64,000 nucleotides of DNA from Pristiophorus japonicus (taxonomy: Eukaryota), in the NCBI RefSeq assembly GCF_044704955.1, contig NC_091986.1, positions 39,556,001-39,620,000 of the forward strand. Direction: 5' to 3'. A model generated the notes under the pieces. That model saw only the letters and a list, made by a program, of their open reading frames with translations, made no database searches and was not told where the DNA came from. Of the stretch, positions 61,706 to 64,000 are shown piece after piece. Positions within the stretch are counted from its first letter, which is position 1. The number at the start of each line of letters is the position of its first letter. The translations under genes and the position numbers were made by a program.

Positions 61706-62435
61706 GGCCTGGAAATTCCGGTGGTAGGCTTCCTTCAGACGAATGCCTCCGTCCCGAAATGTTTCTGCGAATGTACCTGGTGCTCCCGGAGGCGCCTTCG
61801 ATTCCGGTCGGCGGCCTTCTTTCCACGTGCATCACAGCGCACCCCAGTCTTTGAGGTACGCAAGTTGAAGTTGCAGTCACGTGGGCCTGGACAACCAATC
61901 ACGGTGCAGTATTCTCAGTGCTAGCAATAGGAACTCTGTTTCTCCGAGTTCCCATTACTATCAATGAGAAAACCCCCAAAACACCCAAACACAACATAAT
62001 AAATTTTTTTAAAACACGTCACATATTTAAAATTAATTGAAATTAAAGTTAATTAAATGTTTTAGAAAAAAAAATGTTTTGGGGATTTTTTTTGATGTGT
62101 TTTAATAGGGTTTAAAATAAACTTATCTTAATGGACAGGGTTTTTACTCTAAAAATGTGTATTTAAATTTAAATTTTATGTGTTTTAAAACCCATACCCT
62201 GGAAAAAGTAAGCTATGTGCCTGCTTTTACCAGGCGTAAAAGGTTCAAGGACATTCACCGGGCACAAGTTAGGCAAATAGCCCAATCTCACCCGCGCGAA
62301 TGTCCTTGCTGCAGGGATGCGGAGGATCTGTCAAGCAAAATCTTGACAAATCAGAAAAGCTTGCGCATTGCGCGCCAAAAACGGCTTTTGCGAGGCCTCG
62401 CCGGGTCCGTGCGCACTTCATACAATTTCACGGCC
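61706..62435. mobile_element. Harbinger-type MITE (hairpin family)
   Basis: GGCCTGGAAATT ... AATTTCACGGCC; flanks AAT and ATT; colinear with 39505-40719. Confidence 0.82.
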
Positions 62436-62599
62436 ATTGTCTTCTCTGTGTCCCATAAGGCACTAAAGGTTTGGAAATTGATTTAATTTATATTTAAACC
62501 TTTCAGTTCCAGCTGGTATAAAGAGGACTACAGCCATAGAAGCAGCCTGTCAGACAGTTATTCAGCCTACAGGTCCTTGCACTACTTCGCACCATTTTC

Positions 62600-63510
62600 A
62601 GCTGTGGCTCAGTGGGTAGCACACTCGCCTCTGAGTCTGCAGGGTGACTTGGACAGGTTAGGTGAGTGGGCAAATGCATGGCAGATGCAGTATAATGTAG
62701 ATAAATGTGAGGTTATCCACTTCTGACGGGATTGGACAGGTTAGATGCAGGAAGAATGTTCCCGATATTGGGGAAGTCCAGAAGCAAGGGTCACAGTTTA
62801 AGAATAAGGGGCAAGCCAATTAGGACCGAGATGAGGAGAAACTTCTTCACTCAGAAAATTGTGAACCTATGGAATTCTCTGCCACAGAAAGTTGTTGAGG
62901 CCAGTTTATTAGATATATTCAGAAGGGAGTTAGATGTGGCCCTTACGGCTAAAGGGATCAAGGGATCAAGAGTGAAAGCAGGAATGGGGTACTGAAGTTG
63001 CATGATCAGCCATGATCATATTGAATGGTGGTGCAGGTTCGAAGGGCCGAATGGCCTACTCCTGCACCTATTTTCTGTGTTTCTATGTTTCTATGAGTCA
63101 GAAGGTTGCAGGTTCAAATCCCACTCCAGGGACTTGAGCACATAAATCTACGCTGACACTCCACTGCAGTGCTGGCAGAGGGCTGCACGGTCGGAGGTGC
63201 CATCTTTCGGATGAGACGTTAAATCGAGGCCCCGTCCTCCCAGGTGGATGTAAAAGATCCCATGGCACTATTTCGAAGACGAGCTGGAGAGTTATCCCCA
63301 GTGTCCTGATCAATATTTATCCCTCGATCAACATAATAAAAAAACAGATTATCACATTGCTGTTTGTGGGAGCTTACTGCGCACAAATTGGCTGCCGCAT
63401 TTTCCACATTACAACAGTGACTACACTCCAAAAGTATTTAATTGGCTGTGAAGCATTTTTAGACATCCGGTGGGTCATGAAAGGTGCTATATAAATCCAA
63501 GTCTTTCATT
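62600..63510 (+). mobile_element. Deu-domain SINE interrupted in its tRNA head by an internally deleted CR1 (about 62638-63093)
   Basis: A box TGGCTCAGTGG at about 62605 and B box GGTTCAAATCC at about 63111 are separated by CR1; TGAGTC is duplicated at the junctions. Confidence 0.85.
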
Positions 63511-64000
63511 TTACCATTATTCAAGGGAAAAGTGCAAACATACAAAAATCGTAACCGTGGTTATGAAAGCAGCTGTAGTTTTAACTACACATTGAGAAGA
63601 AGAAAAAACAGCAACAGAATATGAACGATTTGTAACAACATATAAAATGGCACATTTTGCCAAAGAAAACCTTTTACTGAGTTACATGAAGTAACTTGTA
63701 ACAATTGCTAAATCACTCTTAATCAATGAGGAATTATTGTTTTGTGAAGGAGAAGAAAGATGAGGAGTTCGGAAGTACAGCTTTATTTATTTATTAAGCC
63801 TTTCGGGAGTGCTTGAAAAGCAATGTAGAGTAATATAATTTATTATTGTTGTTGTCCAATAAATGTATTACCAGGACTAGCTGGTGCTCAGAGCAATTAC
63901 GTTAAAAATAAATATTGTCTTATGCATAATGTATTGCATTTGTGAAGTGAAAAAAATCGGTGCAGCTCTCTTTCTGATTGTTTAAGGTTTTTAGCTAACT

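Overview
Eukaryotic, repeat-dense vertebrate DNA; the repeat set (CR1 and L2 LINEs, Deu-domain SINEs, Penelope-type short repeats, RTE-tailed elements) points to a cartilaginous fish such as a shark (inference). I could not support any intact host protein-coding gene, rRNA, tRNA or CRISPR array. The window is mostly nested, decayed mobile elements. These are: an endogenous retrovirus with pro, RNase H, integrase, an atypical env and a 3' LTR but no RT (1154-5417); three Gypsy-type LTR elements; two solo LTRs, one 1.63 kb long; a Tx1/L1-clade LINE split by three insertions; two PIF/Harbinger transposons, each with a three-exon Myb/SANT gene convergent with a HARBI1-like transposase; about nine Harbinger-type MITEs; and many CR1, L2 and SINE copies. 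The most interesting signals are a minimal hammerhead-ribozyme core at about 45.6 kb, a covarying 60-nt hairpin shared by five MITEs, the Loki-like or fusion-protein-like env, and a Gypsy element whose RNase H-integrase region is replaced by a CR1 RT fragment. All coordinates were read by eye and many boundaries are approximate.
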